The position numbers were made by a program, and so were the translations under genes. The notes below the pieces were generated by a model, which did not search any database, was not told the origin of the DNA, and saw only the letters and a list, made by a program, of their open reading frames with translations. 64,000 nt of DNA from an uncultured Bacilli bacterium (lineage in GTDB: Bacteria > Bacillota_I > Bacilli_A > RF39 > UBA660): contig CANQQV010000007.1 of assembly GCA_947626095.1 (NCBI GenBank), positions 1-64,000 on the forward strand, written 5' to 3'. Below are positions 9,506-19,530 of the stretch, in pieces. The stretch's first letter is position 1, and the number at the start of each line of letters is the position of its first letter.

Positions 9506-10070
9506 TTTTCCTCCTTATTATATAATCTAACGTTAAACCACATATTGTACTAACACTAGTAGCTATTAAACTAGGTAAAATAATTCCAGATGCTTTAATA
9601 CTTCCATAAGCCATTCTAAGAGCAATTACTGTCATTGGTATAATTGTCACTCCACTCGTATTTAAAATCAAAAAAGTAATCATTCCATCACTGGCTACCC
9701 CAGGATTTTTATTTTCTTTATTCAATTCTTTCATTGCTTTAAGTCCAGCTGGTGTTGCTACTGATCCTAATCCCAACATATTAGCTGCTATATTAGAAGA
9801 AATATATTCTAAAGCCTTATCTCCTTTAACACTAGGCATTATTTTCTTTAATAGTGGTTTAAGTAAATTACTAAACTTCTTAAGTAAACCACTATGACTA
9901 GCAATATTCATAATTCCTGACCATAAAACAATTAAAGGCCCTATCGAAATAATTAACTCATAAGCATCCTTTGAACTATTTAATATTACATCTCCCATAT
10001 TAACATTACTATTAAAAAAAGAATAACCTATTCCCAAACTAATTAATAATAACCATATTTTATTTATCAT
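9495..10070 (-). CDS. spmA: Spore maturation protein A
   Basis: LWSGIM.IA, NIAANMLGLG..ATPAGLKAM..L. Follows dacB. Confidence 0.92.
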   Translation of the reverse strand: MINKIWLLLISLGIGYSFFNSNVNMGDVILNSSKDAYELIISIGPLIVLWSGIMNIASHSGLLKKFSNLLKPLLKKIMPSVKGDKALEYISSNIAANMLGLGSVATPAGLKAMKELNKENKNPGVASDGMITFLILNTSGVTIIPMTVIALRMAYGSIKASGIILPSLIATSVSTICGLTLDYIIRRKNAK

Positions 10071-10073
10071 ATC

Positions 10074-11120
10074 TCACCAAAATTTAAGAAAATTTATTAA
10101 TTTACTTAAAAAACTTTTATCTTCACTTACACTTTTCTTTTCATAATATAAATTACGATACCCTATTACTTCCCCATTCAATATTACTTCTACTTTACCT
10201 ACAATACTGCCATTTTCTCCTTCTTCACTTTCTTTAACTATATTAGTTTCATACTTTTCTCCCTCTTTAATAACTAAATAAAAATCATTTTTAATCTTAA
10301 TATTCTCTCCATAATCACTATCTTTATCTATTACTTTAACTCGTTTATAGTTATTAAAATATTTTTCATATAAATTCTTATGATCATTAAAATCATTACC
10401 ATCATTAAAGGTTACAACAATTAAATTCATCCCCTCTTTACTAGCTGTGGTAACTAACGTTCTTCTCGCTTTCTTTGTAAATCCAGTCTTACCTCCCGTA
10501 CAATATTTATACGTCCTAAGTAATTTATTCTTATTTATCCATTTATATGTTTTCATACTTGATTTAATTGTTATTTCCTTTGTCTTCGTAATTCGCGCAT
10601 AATCACTATTCTGCATTGCATATCTTGTTAATAATGCCATATCATAAACCGTTGCCATATTCCCCCTACCATCATTTTCTTCTAAACCTGAAGGATTAAC
10701 AAAATATGAATCATTCATCCCAATACTTTTAGCTTTTTCATTCATTAAATAAACAAAATTATCTTTACTGCCACCAACTGCTGAAGCAATAGCTAAAGCT
10801 GCATCATTCCCACTTCTAAGTAACAAACCATACAACAAATCATCTAGCGTTAACTCTTCCCCAATCTGAACATATATCCCACTACCATAAGCTGCTAATA
10901 CATCTTGATTAATTCTTACTGTCTTATCTAACTTTCCATACTCTATTGCCGTAATTGCTGTTAATATTTTTGTTGTACTAGCAATTAAACTTTCTTTATT
11001 AATATTACTTCCTTCTAGTACTCTTCCACTATCCATATCCATCACAATATATGAACTAGCACTAATTGCTTTTATTCTTACCGGTATAAACAATAAAATT
11101 AATAAAAGAATTTTTTTCAT
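10074..11120 (-). CDS. dacB: D-alanyl-D-alanine carboxypeptidase (sporulation DacB)
   Basis: SxxK (STTK), SGN and KTG motifs, signal peptide, canonical dacB-spmA-spmB operon. Confidence 0.9.
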   Translation of the reverse strand: MKKILLLILLFIPVRIKAISASSYIVMDMDSGRVLEGSNINKESLIASTTKILTAITAIEYGKLDKTVRINQDVLAAYGSGIYVQIGEELTLDDLLYGLLLRSGNDAALAIASAVGGSKDNFVYLMNEKAKSIGMNDSYFVNPSGLEENDGRGNMATVYDMALLTRYAMQNSDYARITKTKEITIKSSMKTYKWINKNKLLRTYKYCTGGKTGFTKKARRTLVTTASKEGMNLIVVTFNDGNDFNDHKNLYEKYFNNYKRVKVIDKDSDYGENIKIKNDFYLVIKEGEKYETNIVKESEEGENGSIVGKVEVILNGEVIGYRNLYYEKKSVSEDKSFLSKLINFLKFW

Positions 11121-11135
11121 ATCTTCACCTAAATA

Positions 11136-11143
11136 ACTATATG
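11136..11143 (-). promoter_or_regulatory. Putative mother-cell sporulation sigma (SigE/SigK-type) -10 box
   Basis: CATATAGT upstream of the dacB SD. dacB is SigE-dependent in B. subtilis. Confidence 0.5.
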
Positions 11144-11166
11144 AAAAAAAGGACTTATTAAGTCCT

Positions 11167-12009
11167 TTATTCTCCTATTTTTTTATAAGTAATATATGAT
11201 TCATCTAAATCAACATTACCCATTATTCCATCTACTCGCCCAGTATCAGCATACTGCCACATTTCATATCGATCATTATAAGTTGCATACTCTATATATT
11301 GCGCAAGCCATATCTTATATTTATCAAATTTACTCATATCCCAATGATTATTAGCTGCTTTCAAATTAGTATATAACATACCTTTATATCCATGTGTTTC
11401 AACATATCTCAAGAAAGCTTTAGCATTGTTGTTAATGACTTCATCACTAACATCTGCACAACGATCAAGACCAAACATTTCAAAATCATACACAACAGGA
11501 TAAACAATTTCATAATCTTTAATTAAATTTAATACAAAACTAGCTTCTTCAACAGCTTCCTTTTTATTAGTTGCTGCTGAATAAAAATATACCCCTACTG
11601 GAATTCCATATTTATTAGCTTCGCTTATATTTTGCTTAAACATTTTATCTTCTTTTATTTCCCCAGATTGTTGTAATCTCATTCCACATCTAATGATGAT
11701 AAAATCTATACCACTCTGCTTTACTTTGGCAAAATCAATCTCTCCTTGCCATGATGAAATATCAATACCTTTAGCAATTTCTTTAACTTCCTCAACTTCT
11801 ACATTATTATATATATCGCTATCTTTTTCATGATACTCAGCAATAAGTTTTTGTATCTCATCAAAACCAGATCCTGAATATCTTGCTGCATAACTTACTT
11901 GAAAGAAATAAGCAAATATCCCCAAAATACAAACACAAAAAAACAAAACAACTATTTTACGATGTTGAAGAGCAAAATATTTAAATTTATTACCTAAAGA
12001 ATAAAGCAT
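11167..12009 (-). CDS. Glycoside hydrolase family 25 (lysozyme/muramidase)
   Basis: GIDISSWQG, GVYFYS, VVYDFE (DxE), MWQY and VDLD motifs, N-terminal TM helix. Confidence 0.9.
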   Translation of the reverse strand: MLYSLGNKFKYFALQHRKIVVLFFCVCILGIFAYFFQVSYAARYSGSGFDEIQKLIAEYHEKDSDIYNNVEVEEVKEIAKGIDISSWQGEIDFAKVKQSGIDFIIIRCGMRLQQSGEIKEDKMFKQNISEANKYGIPVGVYFYSAATNKKEAVEEASFVLNLIKDYEIVYPVVYDFEMFGLDRCADVSDEVINNNAKAFLRYVETHGYKGMLYTNLKAANNHWDMSKFDKYKIWLAQYIEYATYNDRYEMWQYADTGRVDGIMGNVDLDESYITYKKIGE

Positions 12010-12061
12010 ATCTACAACTCCTAATTAAATTATAACAAATAAAAAAGAATAATCAAAGTTA

Positions 12062-12610
12062 TTATTCTTCATCATTGTACACCCCATGTATTTTTTCTAA
12101 ATCAGCTGAAGACAATTGTTCTACTTCCCACTCATTACCATTTTTAATTAACTTAAATTCTATTTCATAATTAATCGTTTCATTCTCTTTTTTCATTTGC
12201 TCTAACTTATAATCTGTATATAGATTCTTATCATAAATACCTGCATCATTATTAAATTCATCAATATGCTTACTATAATAAGCTAAAGCATCTTGTTGTG
12301 CTTTATACAAATTAATAACGTTAACTTTCGTCTTAACATATGCCATATTCCCTTCATATCTTTCATTTTGAATATCATACGTTAAACTACTATACTGTCT
12401 TCTTAATACTTCTTTATATGTTAACTTCTGTTCTTCCGTTAAGTTTTCACTATCAACAAAACTATTTAATTGATCTACCACACTACTATCTAAAGTAATA
12501 TAATTTTCTAAATAATCAGTTACTGCTTCACGTGCACTCATATCTTTCTCACAACCACATAATATAATACAGTTAAGTACTATCATTAAAGTTATAACTA
12601 TTTTCTTCAT
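12062..12610 (-). CDS. Lipoprotein, NTF2-like/DUF5105-like
   Basis: Lipobox ILCGC and SD GAGGAG. Confidence 0.7.
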   Translation of the reverse strand: MKKIVITLMIVLNCIILCGCEKDMSAREAVTDYLENYITLDSSVVDQLNSFVDSENLTEEQKLTYKEVLRRQYSSLTYDIQNERYEGNMAYVKTKVNVINLYKAQQDALAYYSKHIDEFNNDAGIYDKNLYTDYKLEQMKKENETINYEIEFKLIKNGNEWEVEQLSSADLEKIHGVYNDEE

Positions 12611-12692
12611 ATCTTTCTCCTCATCTTTTATTATTCTTTATAATTAACTTTTTATACATCTTATGATAAAATACTTAAAGGAAGTGATTATC

Positions 12693-13697
12693 ATGAAAAA
12701 AACAATTTTAACCGGTCTAAGACCTACTGGTAATTTACATTTAGGTCATTTATTTGGAGCTGGTCAAAACTGGGTAAAATTACAAGATGATTATAACTTT
12801 TACTTAGAAATCGCTGATGTTCAAGCTTTAACTGATAATTTTAACAATCCCGAAAAGGTTAGAAAAAATGTTAAAGAAATAACAATGGACTTACTAGCTA
12901 TTGGTATTGATCCCAATAAAGTTAATTTATTTATTCAATCCCAAATACCTGAAATAGCTGAATTAACTGTTTTTTATTCTAATTTAGTTACTATTGCTCG
13001 TTTACATCGTAATCCAACTGTTAAATCCGAAATTGAACAAAAGAAAGAATTATTTGGTAACGAAGGTGAATCAATTACTTATGGTTTCTTAGGTTACCCT
13101 GTTTCTCAAGCTGCTGATATAACTGCATTTGATGGTGAACTAGTCCCTGTTGGGGAAGATCAACTCCCTCTTATTGAACAATGTCGTGAAATAGTTCGTA
13201 AGTTTAATTCTATATATGGTGAAACTTTAAGAGAACCACAACCTTATCTTTCTAAAACTACTCGTATTAAAGGCTTAGATGGTAATGATAAAATGGGCAA
13301 ATCACTCGGTAATGCTATTTACTTAGTCGATAATGAAGAAACCATTTCTAAAAAAATAATGGGCGCTATTACTGATCCAGCCAAAATTAAAAAAGATGAT
13401 CCAGCTAACCCTGACATATGTATGGTATATTATTATCATAAACTTGTTAATAATGAAGATAATTTAAAAACTATTTGTAGCGAATGTCAAAAAGGCGCTC
13501 GTGGTTGTGTTCAATGTAAAAAAGAACTAATTGCTAAAATGAATGAATTTTTAGAACCAATTAGAAAACGTCGTGAACAATACGAACAAAATCCTGAACT
13601 TGTTGATCAAATCTTAAAAGAAGGTACTGCCAATGCTCGTGAAAAAGCTAAGGAACAAATGACTAAAGTTAAAAAAGCAATGAAGATAGATTACTAA
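12693..13697 (+). CDS. trpS: Tryptophan--tRNA ligase
   Basis: LTGLRPTGNLHLGH, GYPVSQAADI, VPVGEDQ and KMGKS motifs. Confidence 0.97.
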   Translation: MKKTILTGLRPTGNLHLGHLFGAGQNWVKLQDDYNFYLEIADVQALTDNFNNPEKVRKNVKEITMDLLAIGIDPNKVNLFIQSQIPEIAELTVFYSNLVTIARLHRNPTVKSEIEQKKELFGNEGESITYGFLGYPVSQAADITAFDGELVPVGEDQLPLIEQCREIVRKFNSIYGETLREPQPYLSKTTRIKGLDGNDKMGKSLGNAIYLVDNEETISKKIMGAITDPAKIKKDDPANPDICMVYYYHKLVNNEDNLKTICSECQKGARGCVQCKKELIAKMNEFLEPIRKRREQYEQNPELVDQILKEGTANAREKAKEQMTKVKKAMKIDY

Positions 13698-13882
13698 AAT
13701 CTATCTTTTATTATGAGAAAAATTCCTAAAGGTAATAAATAAAATTCCCATGTTTTAAATATTGCTAATAAAAAAGTTTTAATCCCAAATCCATAAACTA
13801 ATAAATTAGAATTAATAACTATAATACTAATCCCCATACTTACAGTAATAATCCCCACTATATATCGTAAATATTTATTCAT
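13694..13882 (-). CDS. Small two-TM membrane protein
   Basis: 62-aa hydrophobic ORF filling the gap between genes. TAGAAT lies 5 nt before the ATG. Confidence 0.6.
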   Translation of the reverse strand: MNKYLRYIVGIITVSMGISIIVINSNLLVYGFGIKTFLLAIFKTWEFYLLPLGIFLIIKDRF

Positions 13883-13932
13883 ATTTAATTCTATTTTAAA
13901 AAATAAAATATATTATTAAATAAGGTGAAAAT

Positions 13933-14664
13933 ATGAAAATAATTACTTATCTTATCATTGGTATTGTATCAAGTATTACTAACATTCTTCCGTTATCTTA
14001 TAATTCTCATCTAACTCTATTACAAAATCTCTTTAATACTAAAATCTTTAACTATCAAGAACTAAACAATTTATTTTACCTTCCACCCCTAATAGCTATC
14101 TTTATCACTCTTATTAACTATCACTCTTTAAAACACATCAAAAAGAATCACTTAAAAAAACTATTTTTACTTATCCCACCAATTTTAACCAGTATATTTT
14201 CTAGTATAATTTTTCATCATTACCAATTAAAAACTATTCCCTATCTTTTTATCATAATCGCTATTCTCCTTATCTTTACCAAAAATAAAAATTATTCTAA
14301 ACCTTTACAAGAACTAACTATTAAAAACACTATCTTTCTAAGTATTTTTAACTTAATTCCCTTTATTCCTCCAATTCTAACTAATCTCCTCGGTTGTTAT
14401 CTTTGTAAATTATCTAAAGAATCAAGTCTCAAATACGCTTTTACTATTACTTTCTTTAATTACTTAATTCCTCTATCTACCAATATCAATTACTTATTAT
14501 CTACTCCTGATTTAATATACCTCATAATAAGTATTACCTTTTCCACTCTTATCTCTCTATCTTTAATTAAATACTTAATTAACTTAATCAATAACAATAA
14601 ACTTTATAAATTATCTCTCTACTTAATTATTATCGCTCTATTTACTTTATATTGGTTTCGTTAA
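13933..14664 (+). CDS. UppP/BacA-like membrane protein (degenerate active site)
   Basis: IIGIVSSITNILPLSYNSHL resembles the BacA motif LGIVQGLTEFLPISSSGHL. LSKESSLKYAF and the C-terminal KLYKLSLY fit the BacA layout. Confidence 0.6.
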   Translation: MKIITYLIIGIVSSITNILPLSYNSHLTLLQNLFNTKIFNYQELNNLFYLPPLIAIFITLINYHSLKHIKKNHLKKLFLLIPPILTSIFSSIIFHHYQLKTIPYLFIIIAILLIFTKNKNYSKPLQELTIKNTIFLSIFNLIPFIPPILTNLLGCYLCKLSKESSLKYAFTITFFNYLIPLSTNINYLLSTPDLIYLIISITFSTLISLSLIKYLINLINNNKLYKLSLYLIIIALFTLYWFR

Positions 14665-14676
14665 AAAAAAGATATG

Positions 14677-15759
14677 TTATTCCATATCTTCTTCCTCTTT
14701 ATGTTCAATTAAACTAACATCAACACTATTAATACTATCAAATCTCTTCGTAATCTTCTCCGTCGTAATATTAATATCTTTTATATCTTTAGTTACTGTA
14801 TCAATACTACGAGATAACTTATCCCATCTTTCACGATATTTATCAAATTCTTTACTTAGTTTATTTAATTCAACATGAATAATCTGCGCATACTTATCTC
14901 TTTCCATATTTTTTAAGATCATCTGAATAATTGTTAAAGTACTCATTAAAGTTGTTGGACTAGTAATCCATACTCTCTTCTCATAAGAATATCTAAGTAA
15001 TTCTTCATGATGAGCATTAATCTCTGCAAATACTGCTTCAGCAGGTAAAAACATAATAGCTTCATCTGAAGTTTCACCAGGTATTATATATTTACTAGCT
15101 ATTGCATCAATATGCTTTTTAACATCACTTTTAAATAACTTTAAAGCAGCATTTCTTTCTGTATCAGATAAACTAGTATCTGTCATTCTCTCATAATTTT
15201 CTAAAGGAAATTTACTATCGATACAAATAGTTCCTAAAGGTGCTGGAGCATACAAAATAGAATCAGCAATATAACCATTACTCATTGTATGTTGAATATC
15301 ATAAATTGAACCAGTCTTCTCACCGAAAACACTAGTTAAAATATAATTTAAATTAACTTCACCAAAGATACCTCTCGTCTTCTTATCAGTCAAAACACTT
15401 TGTAAACCAACTATTTCTGTTGATAAACTATCAATCTTTTTCTGTGCTTCATCGATCTTGGTTAATCTCTCTAAAATATTATTAAATGTTTTATTAGTCT
15501 TCTCAAAGTTCTGATCTATTCTTTCATTTACTTTTTCATTTATTAACAATAATTTATGTTCAACACTTTCATTTAATTTATTAAAATCTTCTGTTAAATA
15601 TTTATTTATATCAAACTTAAAATCAGCTAAATCACTATTAACATTCTTTTCTAGCTTTCCTAGTCTTTCTACTAAATCCTTTTCATCATTCTTTTTAAAT
15701 AAATTAATAATAACTAAAATAATTAAAACAACTAATAAACCTATTATTACATAATCCAT
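14677..15759 (-). CDS. rmuC: DNA recombination protein RmuC
   Basis: KKTRGIFGE, IDSKFPLENY, AIMFLPAEAVF and SPTTLM motifs. Confidence 0.93.
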   Translation of the reverse strand: MDYVIIGLLVVLIILVIINLFKKNDEKDLVERLGKLEKNVNSDLADFKFDINKYLTEDFNKLNESVEHKLLLINEKVNERIDQNFEKTNKTFNNILERLTKIDEAQKKIDSLSTEIVGLQSVLTDKKTRGIFGEVNLNYILTSVFGEKTGSIYDIQHTMSNGYIADSILYAPAPLGTICIDSKFPLENYERMTDTSLSDTERNAALKLFKSDVKKHIDAIASKYIIPGETSDEAIMFLPAEAVFAEINAHHEELLRYSYEKRVWITSPTTLMSTLTIIQMILKNMERDKYAQIIHVELNKLSKEFDKYRERWDKLSRSIDTVTKDIKDINITTEKITKRFDSINSVDVSLIEHKEEEDME

Positions 15760-15761
15760 AA

Positions 15762-16352
15762 TTAATACCTCTCATCTATATTAAATTTTTTATTAATGAC
15801 ACGACTTATTACATAAGCTAATAATAACATAATTACTACTTTAACTAATACTATTGGATTTTTTAAGCATTCAACTAGATTAGTTCCAACATACCCCCAA
15901 AACAAAACAATAAAGATTTTACCAACAAATAAAGAATACAAATATTTTAACTTAGGTATCTTAGAAATACCAGCTCCTAAATTAATAAAGAAAGAAGGAG
16001 CAAAAGGAATTGCAATTATTAAAACAATATTAGTAAAAGATAAATTACTTATCGAATTCATAATCTTCTTTAAATATTTTCTCTTTTTGCTCTTCTTTTG
16101 AAAATAATTATTTAATACTTTTCTAGCTAAACAAAAAGTTGTAAATGATCCTAATACCGTACAAATCCACGAAACTATTGAACCCAATATTGGCCCCATT
16201 GTTAATATATTAATGGTTATAAATAAGAATAAAGGTAAAAAAGCTAGTATTCCTTCTAAGAAAATTAATCCACAACAAAAGATCGGCGCCATTACTCCTG
16301 CATTAACTAAAAACTCATTTAACCAACTATTTATATCATTAAAAATTTCCAT
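15762..16352 (-). CDS. TVP38/TMEM64 (VTT/DedA) family membrane protein
   Basis: LE..L.FLP, G..LGSF..F.LAR and IPFAPSFFINLGAG motifs. Confidence 0.85.
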   Translation of the reverse strand: MEIFNDINSWLNEFLVNAGVMAPIFCCGLIFLEGILAFLPLFLFITINILTMGPILGSIVSWICTVLGSFTTFCLARKVLNNYFQKKSKKRKYLKKIMNSISNLSFTNIVLIIAIPFAPSFFINLGAGISKIPKLKYLYSLFVGKIFIVLFWGYVGTNLVECLKNPIVLVKVVIMLLLAYVISRVINKKFNIDERY

Positions 16353-16421
16353 AATTACCACAATTATATTATAGTTTAATTACTTTTAAATAACAATAAA
16401 TGGTCTTTTTTTAATGTAAAC

Positions 16422-16670
16422 TTATTCCTTAGTTACAAAAGTCACATCATATCCATAAAACTCTAAAATATTCGTAGCTTTTTTCGCTTTAATTCCTCCA
16501 TTACAATAAATAAAATACTTCTTATTTTTATCTAATAATTCTTTATGATTAACAAGTAATTTTTCATAAGGAATATGTATACTACCTTCTACTACTTTAC
16601 TATCATTATTATTAACATCTATAAATACTCCCATATTCTTCTTATAATCTTTTAATAATATTTTTTTCAT
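16422..16670 (-). CDS. Rhodanese-like domain protein
   Basis: FIDV, GSIHIP, YFIYCNGG and L..YGY motifs. Confidence 0.8.
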   Translation of the reverse strand: MKKILLKDYKKNMGVFIDVNNNDSKVVEGSIHIPYEKLLVNHKELLDKNKKYFIYCNGGIKAKKATNILEFYGYDVTFVTKE

Positions 16671-16722
16671 TAAACCTCACCCCAATATATTCTATGTCAT
16701 AAAAAAGAGACGACTTAATTAA

Positions 16723-19449
16723 TTAGTCATCTCCAAAGAAATCATCAAAGAATTCATCATCTGATATAACACTATTATCATTTATTTTAACTTTATCTGG
16801 ATCAATATTAACATTAACCTTTTCTTTTTCTACTTCTTTATTAGTACTTACTACTGATTCAGGAAGCTTGTCCTCCGTAACTTGTGTATTATAAATATTA
16901 TATTCACTTTCTGTATTAGGTTTATTACCACCAACATTATATGAAGTAACAACTGGTTTAGGAGCTTTATTAGTAAATTCACTAACTTCCTTTTTAACCT
17001 CTTCTTCCGTTTTTACTTCATTTTTAATTCCACTCATTACATCAGGCATCTCATTATAAATATTATAATTATCTTCTGTTGTTTTAACTACAGTTCCACT
17101 ATTATAATTAGGTTGAATAATTGAAGCATTAACCGCTTTTGGTAAAGTATCAAAACTGTCAATATCTTCATCAGGACTACTAGTAGCAACAGCAATATTA
17201 GCTTTCTCTGTTCCTATTGTAATCTCACTATCATCATTCTTAACCTCAAAATCATCTTTAGCATCAGTATCAAAAATATTAAATGAATTAATATCTGGTG
17301 TTTTTAAATCATCAACTTTTTCTTCAACCGGAACTACATCTTTAACATTATTATTATTTAAAATATAATCATTTATTCCATCATTAATCTTATCAACATC
17401 AAAGTCTGGTTTCTCTTTTTCTTCTATTGATTTGATATCATTTGTCTCTTTATTCTTCGATGCATCCTTTAATTTAGCCTGTTCTTCTTTTTGGCGTGCT
17501 TCTTCGGCATCTAACTCTGCTATCTTTCTATCTATATCACGCATCATAGCATCTAAATCTAATCCGCCACCTAAGCCCCCAAATAAACCACTATCATTAC
17601 CATCAGATGGAGCAGATGGAGCAAAAGGATTAGAACTACTACTAGGTCCAAACATATCACCACGTGGTCCAAATGGACTATCCATTGGTGATTTAAAAGG
17701 ATTACCACCCATCGCAGCTCCACCATTTTCATTTAACGAATTTTTAATCTTTTCACTTTTTTTCTTCTTTGTGAACTCTTTTACATCAAACTTCTGAACT
17801 GGTCTCTTTTCTCTTACTGGATAAGAAGCTTCTGTTTTAGGATGACCCCAATCCATTTTAAAGTTTGGTGTATACTTCGTTTTAAATGGTGATAAACGTA
17901 ATCTAATTATAATTGCTTCAAACAATTTTAACTTTTGTAAATCAGTTACAGTAACCAAAGGTGTAGAAGCTGTTTTATCTTTATCACTAGATTTAACTTC
18001 ACCACACATTTTACTTATTTCTTCCAATGCTGCTAACTCAGTACTAATTAAGTATACTAAGTTACCACAGTTACCTTTAATAGTTTCCGCATCTTCATTA
18101 CCATAAACACTCTTTAATTGGGCAAAGTTTTGAATAATAAATGTAAATCTTATCGCACGAGAACGAGCCGCTGTAACCATTGTTGTAACATCCTTAAGTG
18201 GCGGCATGTTAGCAAACTCATCCAAAATAAAATTAGTTCTATATGGTAACTTTCCTCCATTAGCTTGAGCTACATCAATTAATGTTTCATAAACTTGTTT
18301 AATAAAAATAGTAGCTAAACTATGATATGTTGTTTTTTCATCATGAATAACAATAAAAACAGCTGTTTTTTCTTTACCAATATTACGCATATCAAAGTCA
18401 CTATATGATAGCATTTCTGATAAATTTTCACGTGAAGCAAATAATCTTATCTTTTGTCTAAATACTGATAAAATACCACCTTTAGTTTCAGTAGGAGCAT
18501 TTATTGTATTTGAAGCAAATATATAAGGACTTGAATCTTCACCCTTTAAAGTAAAATATTCTTTAATATAATTACTAGCGGCAAATTTTTCTTCCCCAAC
18601 AGTACTCATCAAGTTAATAGAGTTAAGATTTATTTCCTCTATCTTAGCATCTTCAAATAAACCTAATGCTAAACCTGAAAAGTAGTCAGCTGATGATTTT
18701 TCCCAGAAAGGATCCTTATTATTAGGATCATACAAAATATTTAACGCAACGTCATCTAGTAACTCAGTTGCTTTATCAAAATTACCATCTTTATAGTATT
18801 GATAAGGTAAAGTAAGTGGGTTCCAAGCATTACCATTTTGTGGCTCACGAAAGTTTAAAATAACAACATTATAACCTCTCTGCCTCATATAGTCGCTAGA
18901 CGCTTTATATAATTCACCTTTAGGGTCAGTTATAACCATACTTTCGCCTTTTTTAATTAAAAGTTCAACCATTGGTTCAACAACCGTTTGTGATTTACCT
19001 GAACCAGTAGAACCTATAACCAAATTATGATATTCACCATTATCTACCCATAATCTTTTACCATCATTAACTAAAGGAATACCAGCAGCTTTTGTTTCTT
19101 GAGCTAAAGGTTCTACAATTTCAACGTCTTTATCATTTTTTATTTCTCTATCTTTTGACCATCTTGAATAACCTTTACTTTCCTTTTCACCTATTTCTAA
19201 GCCTACACCTTTTTTTCTTTCAAAAACCAAAGAAGAAACACTTGTAAAAATTAAAACTAAAAGTATTAAAAATAAAACTAAAGTCGCTCCTAAGAATTCT
19301 GTTAATCCAGGTATTGGATTTAATCCTGAAAAGGCTCCTGTTTCTCCAAAAGAATTTATATTAGCTGTCGCAATTGCACAAAGATATAACAAAAATCCCG
19401 CAAAAATCGCAAACATTATCAAATCTTTACTTGAAATACGAAATTTCAT
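16723..19449 (-). CDS. virD4: Type IV secretion coupling protein, VirD4/TraG family, with a long acidic C-terminal tail
   Basis: Two N-terminal TM helices, Walker A GSTGSGKS, ITDPKGEL, WNPL, Walker B FILDEFAN, ARSR and QNFAQL. Confidence 0.92.
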   Translation of the reverse strand: MKFRISSKDLIMFAIFAGFLLYLCAIATANINSFGETGAFSGLNPIPGLTEFLGATLVLFLILLVLIFTSVSSLVFERKKGVGLEIGEKESKGYSRWSKDREIKNDKDVEIVEPLAQETKAAGIPLVNDGKRLWVDNGEYHNLVIGSTGSGKSQTVVEPMVELLIKKGESMVITDPKGELYKASSDYMRQRGYNVVILNFREPQNGNAWNPLTLPYQYYKDGNFDKATELLDDVALNILYDPNNKDPFWEKSSADYFSGLALGLFEDAKIEEINLNSINLMSTVGEEKFAASNYIKEYFTLKGEDSSPYIFASNTINAPTETKGGILSVFRQKIRLFASRENLSEMLSYSDFDMRNIGKEKTAVFIVIHDEKTTYHSLATIFIKQVYETLIDVAQANGGKLPYRTNFILDEFANMPPLKDVTTMVTAARSRAIRFTFIIQNFAQLKSVYGNEDAETIKGNCGNLVYLISTELAALEEISKMCGEVKSSDKDKTASTPLVTVTDLQKLKLFEAIIIRLRLSPFKTKYTPNFKMDWGHPKTEASYPVREKRPVQKFDVKEFTKKKKSEKIKNSLNENGGAAMGGNPFKSPMDSPFGPRGDMFGPSSSSNPFAPSAPSDGNDSGLFGGLGGGLDLDAMMRDIDRKIAELDAEEARQKEEQAKLKDASKNKETNDIKSIEEKEKPDFDVDKINDGINDYILNNNNVKDVVPVEEKVDDLKTPDINSFNIFDTDAKDDFEVKNDDSEITIGTEKANIAVATSSPDEDIDSFDTLPKAVNASIIQPNYNSGTVVKTTEDNYNIYNEMPDVMSGIKNEVKTEEEVKKEVSEFTNKAPKPVVTSYNVGGNKPNTESEYNIYNTQVTEDKLPESVVSTNKEVEKEKVNVNIDPDKVKINDNSVISDDEFFDDFFGDD

Positions 19450-19530
19450 GAGTCTTCCACCCCAAATCTATTAATATTATACTACATATCAAGTTAAAAA
19501 TAAAAGGCTTTATTGACCTTTTACTTATTA

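Noticed and set aside
11167-12009. GH25 lysozyme as a prophage endolysin
   Set aside because: It has an N-terminal TM anchor and there are no holin, structural or integrase genes nearby.
12611-12692. Expected T-box upstream of trpS (and of leuS)
   Set aside because: The intergenic space is too short and no GGTGG.ACC motif is present.
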